Positions 20,210-30,561 are shown, counted from the stretch's first letter. The stretch is DNA of 64,000 nt from Candidatus Caccocola faecigallinarum (GCA_018712745.1 DVGL01000027.1:66929-130928); one strand, 5' to 3'. The notes: generated from the sequence alone by a model not told the origin. Made by a program: numbers and translations.

Positions 20210-21817
20210 ATGGAAAAACGTCCGGAGATCAACATTCCAAGGCTTATGACGGCCTACTACACCGAGCATCCTGACGCCGGAGAGAAGGACCAGCGCGTCG
20301 CCTTCGGCACGTCCGGCCACCGCGGCACGTCGCTGAAGCGCAGCTTCAACGAGGACCACATAGCCGCGATATCGCAGGCGATATGCGAGTACCGCGCAGG
20401 CAAGGGCATCGCGGGGCCGCTCTTCATGGGCATGGACACGCACGCGCTCTCCGAAGCGGCGCTGCGCACCGCGGCCGAGGTCTTCGCCGCGAACGGCGTC
20501 GAGCTGCGCATGCAGGAGGGCTTCACCTACACGCCGACGCCCGTCGTATCGCACGCGATACTGACGTGGAACGCCGCGAAGCGCGGCACGACGGCGGACG
20601 GCGTCGTCATCACGCCCTCGCACAACCCGCCCTCCGACGGCGGCTTCAAGTACAACCCGCCGAGCGGCGGCCCCGCCGGGACTGACGTGACGAAATGGAT
20701 AGAGAACCGCGCCAACGAAATCCTCGCGAACGGCCTGAAGGACGTTAAGCGCGTACCGTTCGAGCGCGCCGTCAAAGCGCCGAACGTCGGCTTCGTCGAC
20801 TACGTGCAGGGCTACGTCGCGGGCCTCGGCGAGATTATAAAGATGGAGGCGATTGCGGCCTCGGGCCTCAAGATAGGCGCGGACCCGCTCGGCGGCTCCG
20901 GCATATACTTCTGGGAGCCGATAGCCGAGAAGTACGGCCTCGACATCGAGGTCGTCAACAAGGCCGTAGACCCGACCTTCTCCTTCATGCCGCTCGACCA
21001 CGACGGCAAGGTGCGCATGGACTGCTCGTCGCCGTGGGCGATGGCGAAGCTCGTCGCGCTCAAGGACAAATACGACGTGGCCTTCGGCAACGACCCCGAC
21101 TACGACCGCCACGGCATCGTCACGAAGGCCGGGCTGATGAAGCCGAACGCATATCTCGCCGTCGCCGTCGAATACCTATTCACGCACAGGCCGCTCTGGG
21201 GCACCGGCGCGATGACCGGCAAGACGCTCGTTTCAAGCTCGATAATAGACCGCGCCGCGGCCGGCGTCGGCCGCAAAATCTACGAAGTGCCCGTCGGCTT
21301 CAAATGGTTCGTCGACGGCCTGCTCTCCGGCTCGCTCGCCTTCGGAGGCGAGGAGAGCGCCGGCGCGTCGTTCCTGCGCATGGACGGCAGCGTCTGGAGC
21401 ACCGACAAGGACGGCTTCATAATGAGCCTGCTCGCCGCAGAAATCACCGCCGTCACGGGAAAGAGCCCCTCGGAGCTCTACGACGCGATGACGGCGCGCT
21501 ACGGCTGCCCCTGCTACTCGCGCAAGGACGCGCCCGCGACGCGCGAAGAGAAGGACAAATTAAAGAAGCTCTCCCCCGCCGACGTGACCGCCGAAACGCT
21601 CGCGGGCGAGAAGATAACGGCGAAGCTGACCAACGCGCCCGGCAACGGCGCGCCGATAGACGGCCTCAAGGTGACGACGGAAAACGGCTGGTTCGCCGCG
21701 CGCCCGTCCGGCACCGAGGACATCTATAAAATCTACGCGGAAAGCTTCAAGGGCGAGGAACATCTCGAAAAGATAAACGAAGAGGCGCGCGCGATAGTCG
21801 CGAAGGCGATAGCGTAG
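20210..21817 (+). CDS. pgm: phosphoglucomutase
   Basis: [33 protein letters not shown]. Confidence 0.95.
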   Translation: MEKRPEINIPRLMTAYYTEHPDAGEKDQRVAFGTSGHRGTSLKRSFNEDHIAAISQAICEYRAGKGIAGPLFMGMDTHALSEAALRTAAEVFAANGVELRMQEGFTYTPTPVVSHAILTWNAAKRGTTADGVVITPSHNPPSDGGFKYNPPSGGPAGTDVTKWIENRANEILANGLKDVKRVPFERAVKAPNVGFVDYVQGYVAGLGEIIKMEAIAASGLKIGADPLGGSGIYFWEPIAEKYGLDIEVVNKAVDPTFSFMPLDHDGKVRMDCSSPWAMAKLVALKDKYDVAFGNDPDYDRHGIVTKAGLMKPNAYLAVAVEYLFTHRPLWGTGAMTGKTLVSSSIIDRAAAGVGRKIYEVPVGFKWFVDGLLSGSLAFGGEESAGASFLRMDGSVWSTDKDGFIMSLLAAEITAVTGKSPSELYDAMTARYGCPCYSRKDAPATREEKDKLKKLSPADVTAETLAGEKITAKLTNAPGNGAPIDGLKVTTENGWFAARPSGTEDIYKIYAESFKGEEHLEKINEEARAIVAKAIA

Positions 21818-21943
21818 CGCGGACGGCAAATTACAAAACCGGCGGAGGGCTTCGGCTCCCCGCCGGTTTTTATGTGCTTTCACAATACAAGGGCGCGCCC
21901 ACGCGGACGCGCCCTCGTTTTATATTTTGTCTCTCTGTGCGTT

Positions 21944-22315
21944 TCAGTCGTCCTCGCTCGGACAGGCTATCTCGAACATCGCGTCGATGGTGCGGTGCAG
22001 AAGCCGCGCCTTGTCGCTCGCGGCCAGGGAGTAGTAGACTTCTTTGCCGCTGCGCTTCGCGCTGACGAGGCCGTCCGCGCGCAGGACGCGCAGGTGGTGC
22101 GACACGGCGGAGTCGCTCATGCCGACGGCGCGCGCAATCGCGCCGACGCTCGCCGTCGTATGGCAGAGCAGCCACAGTATGCGCAGCCGCGTGCAGTCCG
22201 AAATCTGCTGAAAGACGGAGGCGACCTGCCCGAAGGACTCCTCCTTCGGCATCTTCTCCGCGAGCTCCTCAATCGAAGCAGTCTTATGATGTTCGCGCGC
22301 TCTTTCTTCGTCCAC
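21944..22315 (-). CDS. ArsR/SmtB family metalloregulator
   Basis: DCTRLRIL, SAVSHHLRVLR, GKEVYYSL; GTG start after GGAGG. Confidence 0.88.
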   Translation of the reverse strand: MDEERAREHHKTASIEELAEKMPKEESFGQVASVFQQISDCTRLRILWLLCHTTASVGAIARAVGMSDSAVSHHLRVLRADGLVSAKRSGKEVYYSLAASDKARLLHRTIDAMFEIACPSEDD

Positions 22316-22589
22316 AGCCTCCGCCTCCTTTCCCGACGGCCGTCCGAAATTCCGCGTTAAAAGATAGCAGTTTAGTTTTTCGCTGTCAAACTGCGCGCGC
22401 GCCGAAGCTCCGTGCCGCGGCCGCACGTTTATGGATAACGTCATATCGATATTGGTATAGCGATATGCTCCTTTCCGTATCTTCTGCTTCCACGCTTTCT
22501 CCTGTATCATGTCCTCAGTGAGTTTGAGATTTTTTTCACTTAAACGCGCGGCGAATTTTCGTCCGGGCAAGAAAGGACGGGAGTGTAAT

Positions 22590-25199
22590 ATGGAGCAGGA
22601 CAACAGGAGCATGACGGTCGACAGTCTCGAAACGCTCGAGGCGCGGATGGCCGAGGTGCGCGAGGCGCAGAGGAAGTTCGCTTCGTACACGCAGGAGCAG
22701 GTCGACAAAATTTTCCTCGCGGCTGCGGTCGCGGCGGACAAGGCGCGCATTCCGCTTGCGCGCGCGGCGTTTGAAGAGACCGGCATGGGAGTGCTCGAGG
22801 ACAAGATTTTCAAAAACCACTTCGCAGCCGAGTACATCTACAACTATTACAAGAACGTCAAAACCTGCGGCGTCATCGAAGAGGACAAGGAGTTCGGCAC
22901 GCAGAGGATAGCGGAGCCGGTCGGCGTGATAGCCGCCGTCATTCCGACGACGAACCCGACCTCGACGGCGATTTTCAAGACGCTGCTCGCGCTCAAGACG
23001 CGCAACGGAATGATAATCAGCCCGCACCCGCGCGCGAAGAGCTCGACGATTCTCGCGGCGAAGACGATTCTCGACGCGGCGGTCGCGGCGGGAGCGCCCG
23101 AGGGCATCATCGGCTGGATAGACGTTCCGTCGCTCGAGCTGACGAACGCCGTCATGCGCGGCGCGGACCTGATACTCGCGACGGGCGGCCCCGGCATGGT
23201 GAAGGCCGCGTATTCCAGCGGAAAGCCCGCGCTCGGCGTCGGCCCCGGCAACACGCCCGCGGTCATAGACGAGAGCGCAGACATTCTGCTCGCCGTCAAC
23301 TCAATCATTCATTCAAAAACCTTCGACAACGGCATGATATGCGCATCGGAGCAGTCCGTCATCGCCGTCGATTCGATTTACGACAAGGTCAAGGCCGAGT
23401 TCGCCGCGCGCGGATGCTATTTCCTCGACAAAGAAGAGACGGAGCGCGTGCGCAAGACGATAATCGTCAACGGCGGCGTCAACGCGGCGATAGTCGGGCA
23501 GAAGGCGCACAAGATAGCGGCGATGGCGGGCGTCGAGGTTCCAGAGAGCACAAAGATACTCATCGGCGAGGTCGAGAGCGTAGACATCAGCGAGGAGTTC
23601 GCGCATGAAAAGCTCTCGCCGGTGCTTGCGATGTACCGCGCCGCGGACTTCAAGGACGCCGTCGCGAAGGCGGAGCGCCTCGTCGCGGACGGCGGCTTCG
23701 GCCACACCTCGGCGGTCTACCTCAACGTCGTGACGGAGCGCGAAAAGCTCGACTACTTCAAGGCGCACATGAAGACGGGCCGCGTCCTCGTCAACACGCC
23801 CTCGTCGCAGGGCGGCATAGGCGACGTCTACAACTTCGACACGACGCCCTCGCTCACGCTCGGCTGCGGCTCGTGGGGCGGCAACTCCGTCTCGGAGAAC
23901 GTCGGCGTGAAGCACCTGCTCAACATCAAGACCGTCGCCGAAAGGAGAGAGAACATGCTCTGGTTCCGCACGCCGCAGAAAACATACATAAAGAAGGGCT
24001 GCCTGCCGGTCGCTCTGCGCGAGCTCAAGGAAGTGCTCGGCAAAAAGAAGGTATTCATCGTAACCGACAGCTTCCTCTACAACAACGGCTACACGAAGGT
24101 GATTACAGACCGCCTCGACGAAATGGGCATAAAGCACGCGACATTCTTCGACGTGGCTCCCGACCCGACGCTCGCCTGCGCGCGCGAAGGCGCGAAGGCG
24201 ATGACGGACTTCGGCCCCGACTGCATAATCGCGGTCGGCGGCGGCTCCGCGATGGACGCCGGCAAAATCATGTGGGTGCTCTACGAGCATCCCGAGGCGG
24301 ACTTCATGGACATGGCGATGCGCTTCGCCGACATCAGAAAGCGCGTCTACACCTTCCCGAGAATGGGCGAAAAAGCCTACTTCATCGCCGTGCCGACCTC
24401 CGCGGGAACCGGCTCCGAGGTCACGCCCTTCGCGGTAATCACCGACGAAAAGAGCGGCGTCAAATACCCGCTCGCGGACTACGAGCTGATGCCCAACATG
24501 GCGATAGTCGACGCCGACATGATGATGAACGCGCCGAAGGGACTGACCGCGGCTTCCGGCATCGACGCCGTGACCCACGCGCTCGAGGCATACGCCTCGC
24601 TGATGGCGACGGAGTTCACCGACGCTATGGCGCTGCGCTCGCTGCGCTCGATATTCGACTACCTGCCGCGCGCCTACGACGACGGCGCGAACGACCCAGT
24701 CGCGCGCGAAAAAATGGCCCACGCCGCGACGATGGCGGGCATGGCCTTCGCCAACGCCTTCCTCGGCGTCTGCCACTCGATGGCGCACAAGCTCGGCGCC
24801 TTCCACCACCTGCCCCACGGCGTCGCTAACGCTCTGATGATAGAATACGTGCTGAGATACAACGCCGCCGAAGTTCCGGCGAAGATGGGGACCTTCCCGC
24901 AGTACGCCTACCCGCACACGCTCGCGCGCTACGCGGAAATCGCGGACTACCTCGGCCTCGCGGGAAGCACCGACGAAGAAAAGCTCGAAAGCCTCATCGC
25001 CGCGGTACACGCGCTGAAAGAGCGCGTCGGCATAAAGAACGCGATAAAAGACTACGGCATAGCGGAAGAGGACTTCCTCGCGACGCTCGACGAAATGACC
25101 GAGCAGGCCTTCGACGACCAGTGCACCGGCGCGAACCCGCGCTATCCGCTGATGTCCGAGATAAAAGAAATGTATCTCAAAGCCTATTACGGTAAATAG
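22590..25199 (+). CDS. adhE: bifunctional acetaldehyde-CoA/alcohol dehydrogenase
   Basis: PTTNPTST, FDNGMICASEQ, GCGSWGGNS, GGGSAMD, HSMAHKLG. Confidence 0.97.
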   Translation: MEQDNRSMTVDSLETLEARMAEVREAQRKFASYTQEQVDKIFLAAAVAADKARIPLARAAFEETGMGVLEDKIFKNHFAAEYIYNYYKNVKTCGVIEEDKEFGTQRIAEPVGVIAAVIPTTNPTSTAIFKTLLALKTRNGMIISPHPRAKSSTILAAKTILDAAVAAGAPEGIIGWIDVPSLELTNAVMRGADLILATGGPGMVKAAYSSGKPALGVGPGNTPAVIDESADILLAVNSIIHSKTFDNGMICASEQSVIAVDSIYDKVKAEFAARGCYFLDKEETERVRKTIIVNGGVNAAIVGQKAHKIAAMAGVEVPESTKILIGEVESVDISEEFAHEKLSPVLAMYRAADFKDAVAKAERLVADGGFGHTSAVYLNVVTEREKLDYFKAHMKTGRVLVNTPSSQGGIGDVYNFDTTPSLTLGCGSWGGNSVSENVGVKHLLNIKTVAERRENMLWFRTPQKTYIKKGCLPVALRELKEVLGKKKVFIVTDSFLYNNGYTKVITDRLDEMGIKHATFFDVAPDPTLACAREGAKAMTDFGPDCIIAVGGGSAMDAGKIMWVLYEHPEADFMDMAMRFADIRKRVYTFPRMGEKAYFIAVPTSAGTGSEVTPFAVITDEKSGVKYPLADYELMPNMAIVDADMMMNAPKGLTAASGIDAVTHALEAYASLMATEFTDAMALRSLRSIFDYLPRAYDDGANDPVAREKMAHAATMAGMAFANAFLGVCHSMAHKLGAFHHLPHGVANALMIEYVLRYNAAEVPAKMGTFPQYAYPHTLARYAEIADYLGLAGSTDEEKLESLIAAVHALKERVGIKNAIKDYGIAEEDFLATLDEMTEQAFDDQCTGANPRYPLMSEIKEMYLKAYYGK

Positions 25200-25211
25200 G
25201 AGGGAGAGGCA

Positions 25212-25961
25212 ATGAAGCTCGAAAGGATAATAGCGGTCCGCACCTCAAAGACCGTCTACCGCGACGGAGAGCTCTGCATCAAGGTATTCGGGGACGACTA
25301 CGCGAAAAGCAGAATCCTCGCAGAAGCCGCGACCCACGCGAAAATCGAGGAAACGGGGCTCGACGTTCCGAAAATACTCGAAGTAACCAAGACCGAGGGC
25401 AAATGGGCAATAGTCTCCGAATTTATAGCCGGAAAGACGATCGAACGCCTCATGGACGAAGAGCCCGAGAAGCGCGGCGAATACATGAGCCGCTTCGTCG
25501 ACGCGCAAATCCGCATAAATTCGACGAAGGCGCGCGGCCTCGCCAAGCTCAAGGAGCGCATAGAAGAAAGCCTCTTCGAAGCAGGCCTCTCCTCCGCCAC
25601 GCTCTACGACCTCCACATGAAGCTCGAATCGCTGCCGCAGGGCGACAAGGTCTGCCACGGCGACTTCGCGCCGAGCAACCTCATAGCCAGCGGCGACGGC
25701 AGAGACTGCGCCGTTGACTGGTCGCGCGCCGCGCAGGGCTCACCAGAGGCCGACGCCGCGCGCACATATCTGCTCTTCTGGCTGAACGGCGAGATAGACG
25801 GCGCGGAGGAATACCTCGAGCTCTACTGCGCCAAGAGCGGCCTGCCGAAATCCGCCGTGCAGGCGTGGATACCGCTGCGCGCCGCCGAGCGCCTCGCCGC
25901 GGGACGCGCCGAAGAAGCGGAATTTCTGCGCCACTGGACCAACGTCGCCGATTACGAATAG
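25212..25961 (+). CDS. aminoglycoside phosphotransferase-family kinase
   Basis: CHGDFAPSN Brenner motif and VDW. Confidence 0.8.
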   Translation: MKLERIIAVRTSKTVYRDGELCIKVFGDDYAKSRILAEAATHAKIEETGLDVPKILEVTKTEGKWAIVSEFIAGKTIERLMDEEPEKRGEYMSRFVDAQIRINSTKARGLAKLKERIEESLFEAGLSSATLYDLHMKLESLPQGDKVCHGDFAPSNLIASGDGRDCAVDWSRAAQGSPEADAARTYLLFWLNGEIDGAEEYLELYCAKSGLPKSAVQAWIPLRAAERLAAGRAEEAEFLRHWTNVADYE

Positions 25962-25984
25962 CGAGCCGAAGGAAGGTAAAAGAA

Positions 25985-26230
25985 ATGATAAAAATCAAAG
26001 TCTGCATAGGAAGCGCCTGCCACGTAAAAGGCTCGCGCCGCGTAGTCGAAGGGCTCCAGTACCAGATAGCCGAGCGCAAGCTCAAAGACAAAATCAACCT
26101 CGGCGGCGTCTTCTGCATGGGCCGCTGCCAGGAAGGCGTCTGCGTCACCGTGGACGATAAATTCTACTCAGTCTCCCCGGACAAGGTAACGGAATTCTTT
26201 GAAACGGAAGTCCTGCCGCTGGTGAAGTAG
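25985..26230 (+). CDS. thioredoxin-like [2Fe-2S] ferredoxin (HfsA-like)
   Basis: VCIGSACHVKG and FCMGRCQEGV motifs. Confidence 0.85.
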   Translation: MIKIKVCIGSACHVKGSRRVVEGLQYQIAERKLKDKINLGGVFCMGRCQEGVCVTVDDKFYSVSPDKVTEFFETEVLPLVK

Positions 26231-26345
26231 CGCGGACTGCACAACACCAATAGGGCGGAGAGCCTCGGCTCCCCGCCTCTTTTTTATACGCCGTACAGCC
26301 GGACGGCGGAGACGGCCTCGCCGCTTGCGAACAGGCATAAAAACA

Positions 26346-26440
26346 TCCGCGTCTTTTGAGCACGCGTGAGTTGAAATGCTTATATTGCGACACGCACAAA
26401 CAGCGCAAAAGGGAGAGGCTCTAGCCTCTCCTTTTGTTTT
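26346..26440 (+). CRISPR. solitary degenerate type I-C-like repeat + 33-nt spacer-like segment + terminator (not an array)
   Basis: TCCGCGTCTTTTGAGCACGCGTGAGTTGAAAT with CGCGT/ACGCG stem and GTGAGTTGAAA tail; hairpin 26412-26431 with U-tract; second copy at 58431. Confidence 0.55.
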
Positions 26441-26566
26441 CACTGCCTAACGATTTCACGCGCGGCGTCTTAACTTGTATTGTATAATGTTCGCGGAAGG
26501 GCCCGGGCAGTATAGCCGGGAACTGCCGAGCAACGGGATTCCCTCGGCTAGGAAGGAGGGAACCGG

Positions 26567-26677
26567 ATGGCAAAAAACGAAAAAGGCCGCTCATCTTATG
26601 AATGGGCGACCCTAATCGTCAAGCTGCTAACGGCGCTCGCGGCGCTTATTGCAGCTCTTGCGGAGTTTCTCCGCTAA
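26567..26677 (+). CDS. 36-aa hydrophobic peptide, putative type I toxin
   Basis: AAGGAGG RBS; MAKNEKGRSSYEWATLIVKLLTALAALIAALAEFLR; TATAAT at 26483; convergent promoter at 26791-26799. Confidence 0.7.
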   Translation: MAKNEKGRSSYEWATLIVKLLTALAALIAALAEFLR

Positions 26678-26785
26678 CGCCACTGAACACTTGGCCTTAA
26701 ACGTCTAGGCTGAGGTCCGAAGCTCAGCTAGGCAGGCCGGAGAGGAGATTTCCCGCTACCCTTCCGCGGGCCTCTCTCTTCCTAT
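26678..26785 (-). ncRNA. putative antisense antitoxin RNA (3' end undefined)
   Basis: Extended -10 TGGTATAAT on the minus strand (26791-26799), no ORF with ATG/RBS, strong hairpin 26705-26731. Confidence 0.45.
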
Positions 26786-26923
26786 CTCGTATTATACCAT
26801 CATTTGAGTTTCACGCCATCGCCGCGCTTTTGACGCGGCTTTATAACTCGTTACTGTTTCGTAAAATTTTCCGTTCCCGGCCGAGTTCGCCCTTCCGCCT
26901 CAATCCGCGGCGTTTTCCGCGAA

Positions 26924-27727
26924 TCAGCGCGCGCCGCCCTTCCCCATCGAGTTGTACCGTTCGTAGACCTTTTCGAGGACTTCGCGCCATTCGCCGTAGA
27001 AGCCGCGCTCGCGCAGGAGCTTCAGGCCGAGTTCGTTGACGCCGCCTGGGGTGGAATTTTCGACGAGGAACTTCTCCACGTCCTCGCCGCAGTCGGTGCG
27101 CATGAAGGAGGAGAGCGTTTCGTTCATTATCGACGAGTAGTCGAGCGCGGTGCGGAAGTCGAGGCCCTTGTCCATGCCCCAGCGGATGCTTTCGCCGAGC
27201 AGCGCGTAGTAGGGTACCATCATGCCCGTGACGGGGCCTAGTATCTCAAGCTCGCGCTCGCTCTTCACGCGCACGAGCGTGCCTATCAGCGACATGAGCT
27301 CCGCGAGCGTCTCGTCCTCGCCGTAGAAGAGCAGAGGCCCGGTGCGCCGCGCCGCGAAGGGCAGCGGTATCGCGCGCGCCGCGCTTTTCGCGGGGGCGTA
27401 GAGCGCGAGCGAGTCGGCAAGCTTCGCGCCGCCCGTGATGTGCATGACGCGCTGGTCCGCGCGGAAGCGCAGCGCGCGCACGACGGCCTCGTGCTGCTGC
27501 GGCAGCACGCAGATAAAGACCACGTCCGAGCCGTCGGCGACGGCCTGGTTCGATTCGTGTACGGAAATTCTGTCGGGGAAGAGTTTTTTCAGCGCGTCTG
27601 CCTTTTCGCGGTTTTTATGCACCGTGAGGTTGATTCCGCCCGAGAAGTCGGGCGACGCGCAGAAGCCGCGCACCATTGCGGATGCTATGCCGCCCGTGCC
27701 GATGAAGCCCAATGTCAAATCTATCAT
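26924..27727 (-). CDS. pyrroline-5-carboxylate reductase family protein
   Basis: GFIGTGGIA Rossmann motif and STPGG C-terminal motif; downstream of rocD. Confidence 0.8.
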   Translation of the reverse strand: MIDLTLGFIGTGGIASAMVRGFCASPDFSGGINLTVHKNREKADALKKLFPDRISVHESNQAVADGSDVVFICVLPQQHEAVVRALRFRADQRVMHITGGAKLADSLALYAPAKSAARAIPLPFAARRTGPLLFYGEDETLAELMSLIGTLVRVKSERELEILGPVTGMMVPYYALLGESIRWGMDKGLDFRTALDYSSIMNETLSSFMRTDCGEDVEKFLVENSTPGGVNELGLKLLRERGFYGEWREVLEKVYERYNSMGKGGAR

Positions 27728-27891
27728 AAACAACACCGCCGTTCGATAAGTTTACGGCGATTATACAACATGGGGCGGGCGCGCAGAATATGCGCGGCTT
27801 CCGCGAAAGCGCGCGCGGCGCGCGAAGATGAAAGGGGTGCGCCGCTCGGGCGCGCCCCTTCTGAGGAAACGGAAAGGCAGGCGAATTAGTC

Positions 27892-29085
27892 TTATTTCGC
27901 GAATGCTTTTTTGATGCCTTCTACGGCTTTGTCTATCTGCTCGTAGGTGATGACGATCGGCGGCGCGAAGCGTATCGTGCGCTCGTGCGTCTCTTTCGCG
28001 AGGACGCCGTTGGCGATGAGCTTCTTGACGTAGGGCGCCGCGTTGACCGTGAACTCTACGCCGATGAGGAGGCCGGAGCCGCGGACTTCCATTATTTCGG
28101 GGTTGTCTATCTCGCGCAGCTTCTGCATGAAGTAGTTGCCCTTTTCCTCGGCCTGCTTCGGATAGTTGTCGCGGACGAGGATTTCCATGGCTTTGATGGA
28201 GACGGCGCAGGCGAGCGGGTTGCCGCCGAAGGTGGAGCCGTGCGTGCCTGGCGTGTAGACGCCGAGGATGTCTTTGTTGGCCGCCACTGCGGATATCGGC
28301 ATTACGCCGCCGCCGAGGGCTTTGCCGAGTATGAACATGTCGGGCTCGACATCCTCGAAGTTGCATGCGAACATGCGGCCCGTGCGCGCGAAGCCGGTCT
28401 GGACTTCGTCGGCGATGAAGAGGATGTTGTGCTTGGTGCAGATTTCGCGGACTTCCTTCAGGTAGCCCTTCGGCGGGACGATTATGCCGGCCTCGCCCTG
28501 TATAGGCTCCGCAAGGAACGCGACTGTGTTCGGCGTGATGGCTTCTTCGAGGGCCTTGGCGTCGCCGTACTTGATGATTTTAAATCCGGGGCAGTAGGGG
28601 CCGTAGTTGATGCGCGCATCGGGGTCTGTCGAGAAGCTGATGATGGCTATCGTGCGGCCGTGGAAGTTGTTCTCGCAGACTATTATCTCCTGCTTGCCGT
28701 TTTCGACGCCCTTTTTCTCGACGCCCCAGCGGCGCGCGGTTTTGAGCGCGGTTTCGACGGCTTCAGCTCCGGTGTTCATCGGGAGGATCATTTCTTTGCC
28801 GGTCAGCTCGCAGAGCTTCTCGTAAAAATCGCAGAGCACGGCGTTGTGGAAGGCGCGCGACGTGAGCGTGACCTTGTCGAGCTGCTGCTTCGCGGCTTCG
28901 ATTATCTCGGGGTGGCGGTGGCCGAAGTTCAGCGCCGAATAGGCGGAGAGCATATCAAAGTATTCGCGTCCCTCCGGGTCGCGGACCATTACGCCTTCTG
29001 CGTCGACTATAACGACGTCTTTCGGATGGTAGTTATGCGCGCCGAGTTCGTTTGTCTTGTCGATGATCTGCTGAGTGCTGAGCAT
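27892..29085 (-). CDS. rocD: ornithine-oxo-acid aminotransferase
   Basis: GAHNYHP, SAYSALNFGH, MNTGAEAVETA, DEVQTG, LGKALGGG. Confidence 0.95.
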   Translation of the reverse strand: MLSTQQIIDKTNELGAHNYHPKDVVIVDAEGVMVRDPEGREYFDMLSAYSALNFGHRHPEIIEAAKQQLDKVTLTSRAFHNAVLCDFYEKLCELTGKEMILPMNTGAEAVETALKTARRWGVEKKGVENGKQEIIVCENNFHGRTIAIISFSTDPDARINYGPYCPGFKIIKYGDAKALEEAITPNTVAFLAEPIQGEAGIIVPPKGYLKEVREICTKHNILFIADEVQTGFARTGRMFACNFEDVEPDMFILGKALGGGVMPISAVAANKDILGVYTPGTHGSTFGGNPLACAVSIKAMEILVRDNYPKQAEEKGNYFMQKLREIDNPEIMEVRGSGLLIGVEFTVNAAPYVKKLIANGVLAKETHERTIRFAPPIVITYEQIDKAVEGIKKAFAK

Positions 29086-29357
29086 TGTGTCGTCCTCCTC
29101 ATGTTTATGTTTGTTTTGAACTTTGTAGCCTTGGGCGTTTATTTTTATTGCTGACGTTATTACTCTATCATTAAATCGCCGTTTTGAAAAGGGGGAAGTT
29201 TTTTAAGCGCCACGACGCTGCGTGCGCCGCTTCGCCGAGGCGCGTCCCGCGGCTCGCGCGAGGAAACAGAAATATTTACAAGGTTTACAAAAATCGGCGC
29301 GAGGCCCGCCGCGCGGCGCGCGGAAAAATCTCTCCCGCGCGCACGCGGCGTCGGCCC

Positions 29358-30473
29358 TTAGTACAGCTCCCCGTATATTTTCAGCACGCGTTTTTCATCG
29401 AGCGGGACGAAGTTGTTGCTCATAAGGCGGCCCTGCGCCGTCATGACCGCCTCCGTGAATCGCGGAAGGTCGTCGCGCTTCACGCCGTAGGCATGCAGCG
29501 GCTTCTTCGGCAGTATCGTGTCAAGGAGCTTTTCAAGCTCGTCCCAGACGCGCGATTTTTCGCAGGAGAGCAGCGCAGCGATGAACTCCATCATCTTCGA
29601 TATCTCGCCGTCCGTTTTGATTTCAAGATAATTTTTCATGACGCCGGTGAATACGGCGTAGTTGCTCTCGCCGTGCGGCACGTGGTACGCGCCGCCGAGC
29701 GGGTACGAGAGCGCGTGTACCGCAGCGCAGCCCGCGGTGCCGAAGGCTATGCCGGCGTAGTTAGAGGCGAGCAGGAAGTCGCCGAGCATCGCCGTCCGCG
29801 CCTCGCGGCCCTCGCGCGCTATCGTTTCGTAGTGTCTTATTATCATCTCAGCGGCCTTGTAGGAGAGCAGCTTGGAAAATTCCGTCGCCTTCGGCGAGAG
29901 CGCGGACTCGACGGCGTGGACGAGCGCGTCTATCGAGCTCGCGGCGAACACCTCGAAGGGCAGGCCGTGCAGCAGCTCGGGGATGAGCGCGCACTGGTCG
30001 GCGAAGAGCGCGGGCGCGACGAGCCCCGTCTTAGTGCCGAGGCGCGTTCTGTTGATTATCGAGATGTTCGTCACCTCGCTGCCGGTGCCGCAGGTCGTCG
30101 GCGCTATGACGAGGCCGCAGCTCCGCTCAATGTCAGGCGCCGCGTCGTAAAGTTCGTCGGTCGTGCGCCCGCCGGAGACGGCGACGGCCTTCGCTATGTC
30201 TATTATCGAGCCGCCGCCGGCCGCGACGATGCGTTTGAAGCCGAGCCGCGACGCGGCCTCGATTATCGCGTCGGTCATGACGTCAGTAGGCTCGCCGCTG
30301 CCGAAGTCCTCCCAGAAGAGCGTTTTGACGGGCAGGCCGAGCGGCGCGAAGTGCGCCTCGTATATCGGCCTTATCGTGAAGAGCAGGTCGTCCGCGCCGA
30401 GCGCGAACTCGCGCGCGAACTCCGCGCAGGTTTCGAATTTATGTATCTCCGTGTTGAGCATTATTTCCCTCAT
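29358..30473 (-). CDS. iron-containing alcohol dehydrogenase (4-hydroxybutyrate dehydrogenase-like)
   Basis: GGGSIIDIAK, PTTCGTGSE, HALSYPLG, HVPHGESN. Confidence 0.85.
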   Translation of the reverse strand: MREIMLNTEIHKFETCAEFAREFALGADDLLFTIRPIYEAHFAPLGLPVKTLFWEDFGSGEPTDVMTDAIIEAASRLGFKRIVAAGGGSIIDIAKAVAVSGGRTTDELYDAAPDIERSCGLVIAPTTCGTGSEVTNISIINRTRLGTKTGLVAPALFADQCALIPELLHGLPFEVFAASSIDALVHAVESALSPKATEFSKLLSYKAAEMIIRHYETIAREGREARTAMLGDFLLASNYAGIAFGTAGCAAVHALSYPLGGAYHVPHGESNYAVFTGVMKNYLEIKTDGEISKMMEFIAALLSCEKSRVWDELEKLLDTILPKKPLHAYGVKRDDLPRFTEAVMTAQGRLMSNNFVPLDEKRVLKIYGELY

Positions 30474-30531
30474 AAAGCAGCACCTCCGTCGAGTTTACGA
30501 CAATTATAATACGCGGCGGCGCGCTTCGGGC

Positions 30532-30561
30532 TTGACAGGCGCGCCGCGCGCCGTGTAAAAT
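30532..30561 (+). promoter_or_regulatory. sigma70 promoter of the leader-metQ transcript
   Basis: TTGACA-18 nt-TAAAAT. Confidence 0.75.

Noticed and set aside
21880-21921. GGGCGCGCCCACGCGGACGCGCCC hairpin resembling a I-C repeat stem
   Set aside because: Lacks the GTG(A/G)(G/A)TTGAAA tail; better explained as a terminator between convergent pgm and arsR.
25212-25961. Aminoglycoside resistance gene
   Set aside because: Only the generic APH/choline-kinase fold motif is present, and the context is a fermentation operon.
26474-26485. Toxin promoter segment ACTTGTATTGTA as the target of the repeat-unit seed GCTTATATTGCG (CreTA-style)
   Set aside because: Only 8/12 match, with mismatches at positions 1 and 5 and no TTC PAM; not distinguishable from chance in AT-rich DNA.
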